Positions 49,997-59,795 are shown, counted from the first letter of the whole stretch. The stretch: DNA of 63,995 nt, filler included, from Acidimicrobiia bacterium (GCA_041577335.1; 3 parts of 3 records of this genome joined end to end with filler, not necessarily neighbours in it); one strand, 5' to 3'. The notes: generated by a model not told the origin, from the letters alone. Translations and numbers: made by a program.

Positions 49997-50102
49997 AGCT
50001 CGATGCTTCGCACCGTCGCCGTCACGCGCGCCGCCGACTCACGACCCATGACTCACGACCAAGGCTCAGCGAGATCTCCTGTGGACACACCCCCCTACCC
50101 CA

Positions 50103-50328
50103 TCCCACCTACCGGCGGGCTGCGGTACTTTCCCCCCAGCCCAGCTGGGGGGACTATTCCCAAAGCCGGCTCCGCTCGACAGGCCCGCCGGTAGGTGGAG
50201 AAGCTCGAGGGGAAGGCTCCACCCGCCACCCACAGGATGGGTGCGGCCGAAGGGCCGCTCCGCTAATTCGATCGAATCCTGATTCGATCGAAACGGCTCT
50301 AACTCCGATCGAATCCTGATTCGATCGG
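50103..50328. repeat. Composite palindromic repeat cluster (family D hairpin 50131-50160, partial family B, two CCTG-loop hairpins)
   Basis: GATCGAATCCTGATTCGATC occurs twice; GCGGCCGAAGGGCCGC; GGGGGGACTATTCC is shared with 59907-59942. Confidence 0.75.
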
Positions 50329-51021
50329 TATGGCATATATCACGACATTGTCTTCGTAGCTGCGGTCGGAGCTGTCGAACGCTCCACCGCATGTGATCAG
50401 CGTGAGCACAGGATCGCCTGACTTGGCGAAGATTGCATCGACCGGCAAGGCGTCCTTGTCGTATTGGCGGCCGCTGATCACTTCGAACTGTTCAGACGTT
50501 CCGTCGTCGAATTCGACCGCGATGAGTGCGCCCGGTTCCACGGTGCCCAGTTCGAAGAACACGCCGGGCCGACCGTTGTAGTCCACATGAGCAGCTAAAA
50601 CCGAGGAGCCTGCGGGCGAACCTGGGACCGGGCTGTACCGGTACCAGCCGACCAGGTCGTGCCGATTGGGCACTTCCATCTCCTTGGTCGCCGCAACCAC
50701 GCCAACAGGGTTTATCGGTGCATCGATGGCGAGATCGTCGATCGTGATCCGGACCGGATTGCGGCCAGGCTCCTGCACAGCCACTTCCTCGAATCGACCC
50801 GAGCCAACGGAGAATTCGAGGACAGGTGCATTAGGCACCGTGGTCTCGGTGGTTGACGGGGAAGTCACGGTCGCTGGCGCGGACGTCGACGGGGATGTAG
50901 TCGTGCTGAATTCGACGGTGGTCCGCTGAGCCACTGGGTCCGCAGAGCGAATAGCCATCACGCTCCAAACGAGAACTGCCGCTGCGAGAACAGCCGCGGC
51001 GAGAGCGATACGTCGAACCAT
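50299..51021 (-). CDS. Class F sortase
   Basis: N-terminal TM; VGWY, AAHVD, LTLITCGG, YEDN. Confidence 0.9.
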   Translation of the reverse strand: MVRRIALAAAVLAAAVLVWSVMAIRSADPVAQRTTVEFSTTTSPSTSAPATVTSPSTTETTVPNAPVLEFSVGSGRFEEVAVQEPGRNPVRITIDDLAIDAPINPVGVVAATKEMEVPNRHDLVGWYRYSPVPGSPAGSSVLAAHVDYNGRPGVFFELGTVEPGALIAVEFDDGTSEQFEVISGRQYDKDALPVDAIFAKSGDPVLTLITCGGAFDSSDRSYEDNVVIYAIPIESGFDRS

Positions 51022-51061
51022 GTCGGGAGCCTAACTAAGGGATCGGCAGCAGGGAGAAAGC

Positions 51062-51098
51062 CCGGGGGGAGGGACGGGTTTTCCGCCCCTCCCCCCGG
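51062..51098. terminator. GC-rich hairpin after the DUF4397 gene
   Basis: CCGGGGGGAGGG...CCCTCCCCCCGG. Confidence 0.6.
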
Positions 51099-51111
51099 TC
51101 CATTGCCTTCG

Positions 51112-51906
51112 CTATCGGCGGCGGACAGCAACTGCAGAAGCTGTCACCAGGAGGAATGCCGAGCCAATAACGACTGCGAGCATGGCCGGGTTGGCCGTGG
51201 CGAGGTCACCAGAGCCGGTGTCGACGGCTGCCGGAGCGGAGTGGAGATCGCCGATGTCCTGGATCACCAGGGCGAACGATCCGCCGGCGAGGTCGCCGGT
51301 GGCGTACACGATCCGGTTGGTGCCCTCGGGGAGCTCGAGGTCGGCGGGCCCAAAGACGGCTCCGTCCACACCGGCACCGGTCGGGGTGATCACCACGCCG
51401 TAGGTTGCGGCCGGCAGGTTGACAACGCCTTCAGCCGGGTTCGAGACACCGGTGAAGACCTCGGTGCCATCAGCCAGCAGAATGTCGACGGTCGGCGCAG
51501 CGGCCGTGTGACGGACGGTGAGACGGCCGTTGCCGGTGTCGATCGTGGTCACGTCGTTCACGAAGATGCCGATGGTCGGCGTGCCGTCCTCTTGGAGGTG
51601 CGCCACGATGGAGACGTCAGCTCCCGTTGTGAGCTCGGCAGAGCCTTCCAGCACAGCTTCTTCGATGGGGGCATCAGCGGCGGTGATCGCCAGGTCGTAG
51701 GTGCCGGCGGGCAAAGCCAGGGGACCTGCGACATCGCCAGGCGAGAAGTCCTCGAGGGTGAGATCGCCATTGACGTATACGTCAACCGTCAGGTCAGGGA
51801 TACCGTGCACAACGGTCACGTTGCCGGTGTCCTGGGCACCTGCGGCACCGCCGAATGCGCTGAGCGCCATCACCATCGCGGCAATCATCAAGCGTCGGGA
51901 TTTCAT
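51112..51906 (-). CDS. DUF4397 domain protein with VDTG sorting signal
   Basis: Signal peptide; VVHGIP..VDVYVNG, VRHTAAAP.VD; C-terminal VDTG + TM + RRR. Confidence 0.85.
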   Translation of the reverse strand: MKSRRLMIAAMVMALSAFGGAAGAQDTGNVTVVHGIPDLTVDVYVNGDLTLEDFSPGDVAGPLALPAGTYDLAITAADAPIEEAVLEGSAELTTGADVSIVAHLQEDGTPTIGIFVNDVTTIDTGNGRLTVRHTAAAPTVDILLADGTEVFTGVSNPAEGVVNLPAATYGVVITPTGAGVDGAVFGPADLELPEGTNRIVYATGDLAGGSFALVIQDIGDLHSAPAAVDTGSGDLATANPAMLAVVIGSAFLLVTASAVAVRRR

Positions 51907-51940
51907 GGGTTCCTCCTATGGTGGGGTTGACTAAAGGAGA

Positions 51941-51966
51941 TACGATGCACGGACGAAACCGGATGA
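51941..51966 (-). promoter_or_regulatory. Candidate SigK-like ECF promoter TCATCC-N15-TCGTA
   Basis: Resembles the mycobacterial SigK consensus CCATCC-N15-CCGAA. Confidence 0.5.
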
Positions 51967-52091
51967 TATTTTTCCACTAAATAGCCTTCTTGCTTCGCAA
52001 GGCTCGGCGGCCTGCATGGCTCGGCGTTTCACGCCTCGCCGACACAAGCAACAACGGGGCGTTTGAAGCGCCTGCGCCGCCCCCAAACACG

Positions 52092-52179
52092 GAGGTGCGG
52101 CGGCGTGTACGTCGCACCGACAGGATGAGCGCGGCCGAAGGGCCGCTCGGCTAACTCGACCCGAGCCTGCTCGGGTCGA
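52092..52179. repeat. Family B repeat variant with compensatory stem changes
   Basis: GGTGCGGCG-GCGTGTA-CGTCGCACC; GACCCGAG-CCTG-CTCGGGTC. Confidence 0.8.
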
Positions 52180-52182
52180 CCG

Positions 52183-53343
52183 CTATCCCGTTGTAACCGC
52201 TCGGCGGAAGGCCAACAGAGCCAGGCCTATGAGAATGGCGCCGGCGGTGGCGAGGACAGCGATCTCCGTGAGCACTTCGCTGACTCCGCCTCCCCCCGTT
52301 ACCAGCTCCGTGATCCCGTCGATCAGCCAGGCATGCGGAGTCACCGTATGGGCCAGTTGCTTCATGCCATCCGAGAAGATCTCGAGCGGAACCATGGCGC
52401 CACCGAGCGCTGCCAAGCCCAGGCCGAGCCCCAGTCCCACGGCGGTGGACTGTGATTCGTTGTTGAGCAGACTGCCAAGCAACATCCCGGCGCCCGTCCC
52501 CACCATGCAGTAGGCAATCACCAGGAGAGCCACGGCAACCGGATCGCCCCACTCAACGCCAAAGAGAAGCGCCGAAGCAACCACGATCAGCGACGCCTGG
52601 ATAAAGGCGATGCCGAATCGGCCCAACAGCTCTCCGACCAGGATCCGTCCTGTCCCTGTTGGCGTAGCCGCCATCCTTCGAACGACGCCCATCTGCCGGT
52701 TTTCGATGAGATACGCCGCGCTGGTGAGCGACGTAATCCACACGAAAAGGGCCAACTCCTGGGCCGCTCCGAAGCCGAACTGGCCGAAGTCGGTGAAGTC
52801 AGGGCCATCGGTTTCGATCGATACGGTGAGTACTTCGATGCCGGGACCCTCGATCGCGTCCACTACGGCCAGCGCCTCCTCGAGCTCACCATCATCGCCG
52901 GCGACAACAGATGCGGCCCGGACACGGGTGGCCTGTTCTGCGATGGCTGCGTCAACGGCCACGGCCACGTTCGACCCTATGGTGCCTGGCTGTGCAAAGT
53001 AGTCGATCGTGACGGTATCGCCTGAGAGGATCCGCTCGCCGTAGTCGTCGGGGAAGGCCAGTCCAGCCGATAGCGTTTGCCGCTCGACGTCGATTTCAAG
53101 GTCGGATCGCTCACCGACGCGTTCCACGACGATCGAGTCGTTCGCCTCGAGGGAGGCGACCACTTCGGCTGCCAGCTCGTCGCTCTCCTCTACCACGACG
53201 CCCAACCGCGGCACACTGGATCCACCGAACACGAGGCCGATGGCGAGGACGAGCAGCATGGGGAACACGACCACAAAGAACAGGTTGGATCGATCCCGGA
53301 TGAACCTTCTCAACGATGTGCCCGCGATGTCGAGCATCTTCAT
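52183..53343 (-). CDS. ABC-2 type transporter permease
   Basis: N-terminal TM, large loop, ENRQMG..RR, LGGAMVP, TPHAW. Confidence 0.9.
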   Translation of the reverse strand: MKMLDIAGTSLRRFIRDRSNLFFVVVFPMLLVLAIGLVFGGSSVPRLGVVVEESDELAAEVVASLEANDSIVVERVGERSDLEIDVERQTLSAGLAFPDDYGERILSGDTVTIDYFAQPGTIGSNVAVAVDAAIAEQATRVRAASVVAGDDGELEEALAVVDAIEGPGIEVLTVSIETDGPDFTDFGQFGFGAAQELALFVWITSLTSAAYLIENRQMGVVRRMAATPTGTGRILVGELLGRFGIAFIQASLIVVASALLFGVEWGDPVAVALLVIAYCMVGTGAGMLLGSLLNNESQSTAVGLGLGLGLAALGGAMVPLEIFSDGMKQLAHTVTPHAWLIDGITELVTGGGGVSEVLTEIAVLATAGAILIGLALLAFRRAVTTG

Positions 53344-54482
53344 GTGGTGACCCCCATTCGATCGCGTCGGCTGAGCGCGATTGCCCCCGGTATGAGTCCG
53401 GTCAGAACTACCACGCCTGCCGCTATGAGCACATCGCGCATGTGACCGCTGCCCGTGTTGTCTCCGAAACCTCGCAGTAACCATGAGTGTGGGCTGATCC
53501 TCGACAGCGCCGCCAGCGCCCCGGACGCCTGGGCCACAGGGAAAAACGCCCCACCCAGGAGGCCGAGGGTGATGGCAACGATGGCCGCGTAACTGTTGGC
53601 CTGCTCGGCGGTCTTGGCGACAGTCCCGAGCAACGCGCCGATCCCCATCGCCGAGAAGATGCCGGCGAGCGAGAGGATCACCACGCCGGCGGGATTACCC
53701 CAATCTGCACCCATGACGAGCGTCGATCCGACGACGAGAACCGCCATCGACACGACGCCAACGGTGACGCTGGAAAGGGACTTGCCAACGAGAAGCTCGG
53801 CTGGTGAAAGTGGAGCAGCCAACAATCGGGCCATGGTCCCGTCTCGTTGCTCTTCGAGTATCGAAAGGATTCCAAACTGCACCGTGAAGAACAAGAAGAA
53901 GATGGCCATACCGATCGACATATAGGTCACGAAGTCGAGTTGACGGTCACCAACGGCTACCTCCTCGAGTGTGATCGGAGACGGTGTCTGACCCACCGCG
54001 TCGACGGTTCCAAGTGGATCAGCTCCCCCGGTTGCCGCAATCGCCAGCTGGACAGTCTCGACTTCTGAGGCCAATCCGGAGGCAACGGCCTCCGCAATGA
54101 GTGTGCTGATTTGTGCGCCAGGGTTACCAAGGACCTCGATCTCCGCCGGCGAAAACGACTGGGTGGCTGCCGAGAAACCCACCGGGATCACAATCCCCGA
54201 GTTCGCAGAGCCATCGTTGATCAAGTCAACGGCCGCCTCGCGCGTCTCGGCCGATTCCACTTCCAGCGAACTGTCGCTGAGGGCCCCCATGAGCTGCTCA
54301 CCAGTGCCGGCCCCATCGAGGTCGACAACCACCAGGGTCGTGGAGAAGTCGGTATCGTCGCCAGGGATCAAGTTACTGAGGATGAGCGTCAGTGCGAGAG
54401 GTACGACGATTCCCAGCACGAAGAACGACTTGTCTCTCAACCGTTGCCGGAGATCCTTTTCCGCAATCGTCAGGTAGTTCAT
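53340..54482 (-). CDS. ABC-2 type transporter permease
   Basis: EEQRDGTMARL, LGGAFFP, SPHSW. Confidence 0.9.
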   Translation of the reverse strand: MNYLTIAEKDLRQRLRDKSFFVLGIVVPLALTLILSNLIPGDDTDFSTTLVVVDLDGAGTGEQLMGALSDSSLEVESAETREAAVDLINDGSANSGIVIPVGFSAATQSFSPAEIEVLGNPGAQISTLIAEAVASGLASEVETVQLAIAATGGADPLGTVDAVGQTPSPITLEEVAVGDRQLDFVTYMSIGMAIFFLFFTVQFGILSILEEQRDGTMARLLAAPLSPAELLVGKSLSSVTVGVVSMAVLVVGSTLVMGADWGNPAGVVILSLAGIFSAMGIGALLGTVAKTAEQANSYAAIVAITLGLLGGAFFPVAQASGALAALSRISPHSWLLRGFGDNTGSGHMRDVLIAAGVVVLTGLIPGAIALSRRDRMGVTT

Positions 54483-54485
54483 CGG

Positions 54486-55421
54486 CTAGTCCCTCAGCGC
54501 CCGACCGGTGAGATGCAGGAACACCGATTCGAGGTCGGGCTCGTCCACGGTGACGTTCTTGACGGCCGCCCCCGCTGTCGCCACGACGGCCATGATGTCA
54601 CTGAGCGCCGACGCCGCATCGCGAGCAATCACCGTGATCGTGCCGTCGCTCGTCGATGAGTCGACCACCCCTGGCACAGATCGAACCGCCTCCGCTGCCG
54701 GGGCGAGGTGTCCCGTCGCCTCGAGTAGCACCTTGTCGTTCGTCCCGACCATCTTCACGAGGTCTCGCCGTGTGCCTTCCGCCTTCACATCGCCCTCGTC
54801 GATGATTCCCACGCGATCACAGAGACGCTCAGCCTCCTCCATGTAATGCGTGGTGTAGAGGACGGCCATACCCTCTCCCGAGAGGACCTCGACTGATTCG
54901 AGGATGGCGTTCCGGCTCTGCGGGTCCACCCCAACGGTGGGCTCGTCCAAGACAAGAAGCTCGGGTTTGTGCAGCAGCCCAATGCCGATGTTGAGTCGAC
55001 GCTTCATGCCGCCGGAGAACTCTTTAGTCTGATCGTTGGCCCGATCGGTGAGCCCAATGATCTCGAGTACCTCATCGACCCGTTTCTTCAACGGGACTCC
55101 TCGGACTCCGTAGAGCTTCCCGAAGAACGCCAGGTTTTCCCGGGCGGTGAGATCGGGGTAGATCGCCAAGTCCTGAGGGACGAACCCGATCATGCCCTTG
55201 GGATCTACCGATCGCGTCGTTAGCGGCTGACCGTTGATGTGAACCTCACCGCGGTCACGCTTGAGGATCCCGCACACCATTGAGATGGTGGTTGTCTTGC
55301 CTGCCCCGTTTGGTCCGAGCAGCCCATAGGTCTCCTCGGCGTCGATGAAGAAGCTGACCCCGCTCACCGCATCACGATCACCGAACGTCTTCCTGAGGTC
55401 TCTACATTCGAGTACGGCCAT
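54486..55421 (-). CDS. ABC transporter ATP-binding protein (LnrL-like exporter)
   Basis: GPNGAGKT, FSGGMKRR, LDEPT, TTHYMEE. Confidence 0.95.
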   Translation of the reverse strand: MAVLECRDLRKTFGDRDAVSGVSFFIDAEETYGLLGPNGAGKTTTISMVCGILKRDRGEVHINGQPLTTRSVDPKGMIGFVPQDLAIYPDLTARENLAFFGKLYGVRGVPLKKRVDEVLEIIGLTDRANDQTKEFSGGMKRRLNIGIGLLHKPELLVLDEPTVGVDPQSRNAILESVEVLSGEGMAVLYTTHYMEEAERLCDRVGIIDEGDVKAEGTRRDLVKMVGTNDKVLLEATGHLAPAAEAVRSVPGVVDSSTSDGTITVIARDAASALSDIMAVVATAGAAVKNVTVDEPDLESVFLHLTGRALRD

Positions 55422-55423
55422 GG

Positions 55424-55729
55424 TCAGTCCCCTTCTACGCGTTTGATGAGTTCCTTCAGGGCGGTCAAGTGCTCGTCGAGGGCTTGTCTTCCCTGGTCGG
55501 TTGCTTTCACCGTCGTCTTGGTCCTTTTCCCTGCGAAACCCTTTTCAATGGTGATATGGCCCGCCTCCTCCAGCACCGTCAGATGCCGGCTGAGATTGCC
55601 GTCGGTGAGGCCCAACACCTCCTTCAGGTATCCGAAGTCGGCGTACGCCGCCTCGGTGAGCACTGCGAGGATTCCGAGCCGGACTCGCTGGTGCACCACA
55701 TCGTCGAGCGCTTGCGACGGATGGGTCAC
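55424..55729 (-). CDS. Winged-helix transcriptional regulator (HTH_34 type)
   Basis: HQRVRLGIL, LTDGNLSRHL..LEEAG. Confidence 0.88.
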   Translation of the reverse strand: MTHPSQALDDVVHQRVRLGILAVLTEAAYADFGYLKEVLGLTDGNLSRHLTVLEEAGHITIEKGFAGKRTKTTVKATDQGRQALDEHLTALKELIKRVEGD

Positions 55730-56289
55730 GGTCGAGCCATCCTCAGCCCCACGCCGAGGCCGAGATACGAGCCACCGAGTAGCAAGGCACAGCTCAGATA
55801 CAACGACGTGGAATCATCAAGGCCAAGGCCAAGTCCGACAAACCCCACGACCAGCAAGCCGACCAGGTACAGCACGGGCCGCTGGCGATCGAGGATTGCG
55901 AAGACTCCAAATCCCACGGCGACGACCGAGAACACCCAGACGATCGCCCATCGGCTATCGATGAGAATCGACCCGGCGAATGCGAAAACGAAGATGCCGA
56001 TGGCGGTCAGCGCGTATGGGAGCGAGGACTCTCCCGCTCCCACGTCCTCGGAGTGTCGGGCACCGAGCCAGAAGCTGGCGATGGCGCCAATCGGGGCGGC
56101 CACCAACCAGTAATAGCCGATGTCATCTGCGCCCAGCAGCAGCGGAACCACCGAGACGGCGCTGATGACTCCCCACAGGATGAAGATCGACCAGCTGGCG
56201 CTGAGCATCGATTGACGGGCATGGCTCTGGACTCTGGTCACGTTCGCCAGCAGCTCTCGTGCCTCGGCAGCCATCTGGTCTTCAGTCAC
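55726..56289 (-). CDS. Hypothetical multi-TM membrane protein
   Basis: RBS GGAGGAG before GTG 56289; about 6 TM helices; overlaps the regulator start. Confidence 0.75.
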   Translation of the reverse strand: MTEDQMAAEARELLANVTRVQSHARQSMLSASWSIFILWGVISAVSVVPLLLGADDIGYYWLVAAPIGAIASFWLGARHSEDVGAGESSLPYALTAIGIFVFAFAGSILIDSRWAIVWVFSVVAVGFGVFAILDRQRPVLYLVGLLVVGFVGLGLGLDDSTSLYLSCALLLGGSYLGLGVGLRMARP

Positions 56290-56300
56290 GAACTCCTCCA

Positions 56301-56340
56301 ACTTTGCGATACAAAGCGCTTTTACTTTGCACGACAAAGT
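56301..56340. promoter_or_regulatory. Tandem operators ACTTTG-N5-CAAAG(T) at 56301 and 56324
   Basis: Two copies of the same palindrome 23 bp apart, upstream of the regulator/ABC operon. Confidence 0.7.
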
Positions 56341-56371
56341 GGAGGATGTCAAGAAAGAGTATTCGCGACTC

Positions 56372-56980
56372 CTACCAGAGAACGACTCGGCCGGCCGGTG
56401 TGTCGATGGTGGCGGCGAGCCGTTCTTCGGGCCCTCCGCGTACATCTACCTCGACTCCGAACGCGTCGATCACAGGCTTCACCGAGGCCGCATTGGGGGT
56501 CTCCACACGTAGGCTATGCAGCCTGCACTGCGACGTCAGCGTCTCGGTGGGATGGGTCGAACCGCTCCAATCGATGAGAAAGGGGATCGGCCCGCTCCTT
56601 GGCGCAGTGAGTCGCCAGTGCAGTGTCTCTCCGCCGGGCACGATCCTCTCCATGCTTCGGGCCGGCCCAAGATCGATCGATTCGTCCAAGAGCCCCACCA
56701 GTGCCGTCTCGATGTCGGTGGTAGCCACCGACCAGCCGACAAGGCGGTCGTCGGCCAGATCATCGAGGCCAAATGGCCGAGGGGAGATGGGATCACCCTG
56801 GTCGAGGTCAGGTCCAATGATCTCGAGATATGTGGCACCGCCCAACGCCAGCAGGTAGTTGCGGGTGCCGAGACCGACGTGCTGGCCGCCTGGGGTGGGC
56901 CGCTCCCCCAACATCGCTTCGATGTCGTCGGCTGCGCGTTCCAGGTTTCTCGCTCCGTAGACGAGGTGATCGATGCCCAT
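56372..56980 (-). CDS. VOC family (Glyoxalase_3) protein
   Basis: IDHLV, GGQH..GTRN, YLEII, PFLIDW. Confidence 0.88.
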   Translation of the reverse strand: MGIDHLVYGARNLERAADDIEAMLGERPTPGGQHVGLGTRNYLLALGGATYLEIIGPDLDQGDPISPRPFGLDDLADDRLVGWSVATTDIETALVGLLDESIDLGPARSMERIVPGGETLHWRLTAPRSGPIPFLIDWSGSTHPTETLTSQCRLHSLRVETPNAASVKPVIDAFGVEVDVRGGPEERLAATIDTPAGRVVLW

Positions 56981-57057
56981 GGCCTAAAAAACTAGTGACT
57001 CTCGGAGAAAACGAGTGACTCTCCGGCGCCCGTCTCTGCGGCTACTACCGAGAGCCC

Positions 57058-57993
57058 TCACGCTTGGCCGGCGTACCGTTCCAGTTCTTCCAAGAAAGCG
57101 GCTCGCTCCTCGGAGGACTCCTGGGTGGCCGATCGGATGTGAGTTGGCCGGGCCACCCGATCGTGCCAGAACAGACCGGTCCGTTGGCCGGCCTCGTCTG
57201 CGGCCGCCAAGAACGTGATGGTGTCTGCTCCCTGATCGGGGCTTCGCAAGAATCCGCCGACGATCTTGCGAAACCTCGGAAGCGCCTTCTCGATAGCAGG
57301 GGTTGCCGCCCATCCAGGGTGCATGGAGTTGACAACGATGGCCTTGTCTTTCCAGGCTTGCGCCCACTCCTCGGCAAGGATCACCTGCCCGCGTTTCGTC
57401 CTGGCGTAGGCGCTGGTCCCGGTGTAGGTGCCCTGTCGATATTCGAGGTCGTAGGCATGGATCTTCTCGGAGTACATGCCACCGGACGAGACCATGATCA
57501 CTCGGGAAGGTGCTGACTTCTCCAACAGAGGGAGAAGGCCGGTTGTGAGTATGTATTGACTCAGCAGGTTGAGGGCAAACGTCTGTTCCAAACCTTCTTC
57601 CGTCAGCTCTCGTTGGCCGAACAGGAAGCCGGCGTTGTTCACCAACACGTCGATGCGATCGAGCCGGCTGAGCCTCTTGGTCAGATCCCGGACCTCTGTC
57701 ATCGACGATAAGTCGGCAAGCTCATAGGTGGCGTTGGCGCCGGTGCTGCGGAGCTCCTCGACGATTGCCTGCGCCTTCGCTTCGTTGCGAGCCACGATGA
57801 CGAGATCAGCCGAGAGTGCTGCCATCTGTCGGGCGGCGGCCTCGCCCAAGCCGCTGGTCGCACCCGTGATCACCACCGTTTTGCCCTTCATGGACGGCAG
57901 AGGGGCGAAGTCTCCGCTGCGGAGTTTGTAGCCGATGTTCGTGTAGCCAAACGCTATGGAGCGATCCAACGCCGTGTCCAAGAAATCATTCAT
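57058..57993 (-). CDS. SDR family oxidoreductase (DHRS12-like)
   Basis: TGATSGLG, NNAG, SSGGMY, YARTK, MHPGWA. Confidence 0.9.
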   Translation of the reverse strand: MNDFLDTALDRSIAFGYTNIGYKLRSGDFAPLPSMKGKTVVITGATSGLGEAAARQMAALSADLVIVARNEAKAQAIVEELRSTGANATYELADLSSMTEVRDLTKRLSRLDRIDVLVNNAGFLFGQRELTEEGLEQTFALNLLSQYILTTGLLPLLEKSAPSRVIMVSSGGMYSEKIHAYDLEYRQGTYTGTSAYARTKRGQVILAEEWAQAWKDKAIVVNSMHPGWAATPAIEKALPRFRKIVGGFLRSPDQGADTITFLAAADEAGQRTGLFWHDRVARPTHIRSATQESSEERAAFLEELERYAGQA

Positions 57994-58087
57994 GGCCGGT
58001 GATGGTACGCCGAGACAAAACCAATCAACAATGCGCACGACTACCCGACGGCCCAATCGCCACGTCGGCAGCCACTAGATTTCATTT

Positions 58088-59134
58088 ATGGACATCAAAG
58101 CGATCAACGCATACTCATTCACGGTCTGGAGCCATCGGCAGGGAGCGGTGGTGGCTCAGATGATCCATCTCGGGCATCGCCTAGGCCTGTACAAGGCAAT
58201 GGCAGGGCAAGGTCCGATGACAGCCGCAGCCGTGGCAAAGCGGGCGGGGGTCGGCGAGCGTTACGCCGAGGAGTGGCTCCGCTGCCAAGCGGCGGGGGGG
58301 CTGCTCGAATACGACAACCACATGTTCTTGTTGCCCGACGCCGGCGCCGCGGTATTGGCGGACGACGAGTCGAGCCCGTTCTTCTCAGCCGGCGCCTTCA
58401 CCCCAGTCGATGCCCGAGCCCAGGCAGACCGCTTGGTGGGCGCTTTTCAGAACGACATCGGCCACGGTTACGACGAGGGCGGCGCAGATCTCGTCGACGT
58501 GCTCGAAGGTATGAACGCGCCTTGGGCCCGCCTGGTTCTCCCTGGCATGGTCGTCGATTCCATCCCGGGCTTCCGCGACCGTCTCGAGCATGGAGCGGTG
58601 GTCATCGATGTCGGCTGCGGATCCGGTCTGGCGGTCGAAGCGCTCGCCGGGGCGTTCCCCCAGTCGACGTTCGTGGGCATCGACCCATCCGAGCATGCGA
58701 TTGCCCGCGCCAAGGAGAGACTCGCCGACGTGCCCAACGCATCTGCAGAGGTCGGATATGCCGAGAAGATCGAAACCAGGCAGGCCGACGTCGTAACCGC
58801 TTTTGATTGCCTGCATGACATGTCGAGGCCGGACCAAGCGCTGAGCTCGATACGGTCCGCCTTACCCAATGACGGGCTGCTGGTCGTGAAGGACATCAAG
58901 ACCGCCCGAACGTTCGAGGAGCAGTTCAAGAATCCCATGCTCGCCATGATGTACGGCCTATCGATCATGTCTTGTTTGCCGTCGGGATTGGCAACCGAAG
59001 ACGGACTGGGCCTGGGCAACCAAGGTCTCTACCCCGAGAAGATGCGGGTTATGGCAACCACAGCAGGATTCACGCAGTTCTCCGTGCACGACCTGGGAGA
59101 CCCGGTGAACCTGTACTTCGAGATCAGGCCGTGA
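58088..59134 (+). CDS. Class I SAM-dependent methyltransferase with N-terminal wHTH (Rv2258c-like)
   Basis: LGHRLGLY, ERYAEEWL, DVGCGSG, FDCLHD. Confidence 0.88.
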   Translation: MDIKAINAYSFTVWSHRQGAVVAQMIHLGHRLGLYKAMAGQGPMTAAAVAKRAGVGERYAEEWLRCQAAGGLLEYDNHMFLLPDAGAAVLADDESSPFFSAGAFTPVDARAQADRLVGAFQNDIGHGYDEGGADLVDVLEGMNAPWARLVLPGMVVDSIPGFRDRLEHGAVVIDVGCGSGLAVEALAGAFPQSTFVGIDPSEHAIARAKERLADVPNASAEVGYAEKIETRQADVVTAFDCLHDMSRPDQALSSIRSALPNDGLLVVKDIKTARTFEEQFKNPMLAMMYGLSIMSCLPSGLATEDGLGLGNQGLYPEKMRVMATTAGFTQFSVHDLGDPVNLYFEIRP

Positions 59135-59795
59135 CCTCGAGGCCTCCGAGATGGCCGACGTCCGAGTGACGGTCGAGCGAGAAGACTCGCTCCTGACCTA
59201 CCGGAGCAGTCACGAGAGACGTCAAGGAAGCATGGTCCATGGCGAACCGATCCCACTCCCAGGGAACGGGGTCGATGTTGAGTAACCGGGCCAGAATGGT
59301 GCTGTTGGTGCCACCGTGCGCAACGATGACGATGTGCTCGCTCGAGTCGACCCTCCACAGCTGCTCGTGCGAAGCCGGCATCACACCCCAAGCGGCCAGA
59401 GACTCCTCCAACCCCGACACCACCCGTTGATGAAAGTCGCGGAAGCTCTCTCCGCCAGGTAGACCCTCCCACCAATCCTCGGGCAACCGGTCGCGAGCCG
59501 ACCTGAACTGCTCCTCGAGCCAGTCCACTGGAGCACCGTGCCAACTGTCGGGCACCTGGATCTCGCGCAGCCAATCATGACTGGTTGCCGACAGGTCCCA
59601 CTTTTTTTCGAGCGGCGCCACCGTCTCGACAGCCCTTTTCATGGTCGACACCAACAACCGGTCGGGCGCGACAGCGAGCGCCCCGGCCAACGACGCCGCC
59701 TGAGCCAGCCCGAGCTCCGAGAGTGCCGGATCGTTCTGCCCCTTGCCATCAACAGTCCACTGAGGCTGCCCATGTCGAATCAAGGTGAGTCTCAT
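59124..59795 (-). CDS. Histidine phosphatase family protein
   Basis: LIRHG, STMKRA, GES, VAHGG. Confidence 0.9.
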   Translation of the reverse strand: MRLTLIRHGQPQWTVDGKGQNDPALSELGLAQAASLAGALAVAPDRLLVSTMKRAVETVAPLEKKWDLSATSHDWLREIQVPDSWHGAPVDWLEEQFRSARDRLPEDWWEGLPGGESFRDFHQRVVSGLEESLAAWGVMPASHEQLWRVDSSEHIVIVAHGGTNSTILARLLNIDPVPWEWDRFAMDHASLTSLVTAPVGQERVFSLDRHSDVGHLGGLEVTA

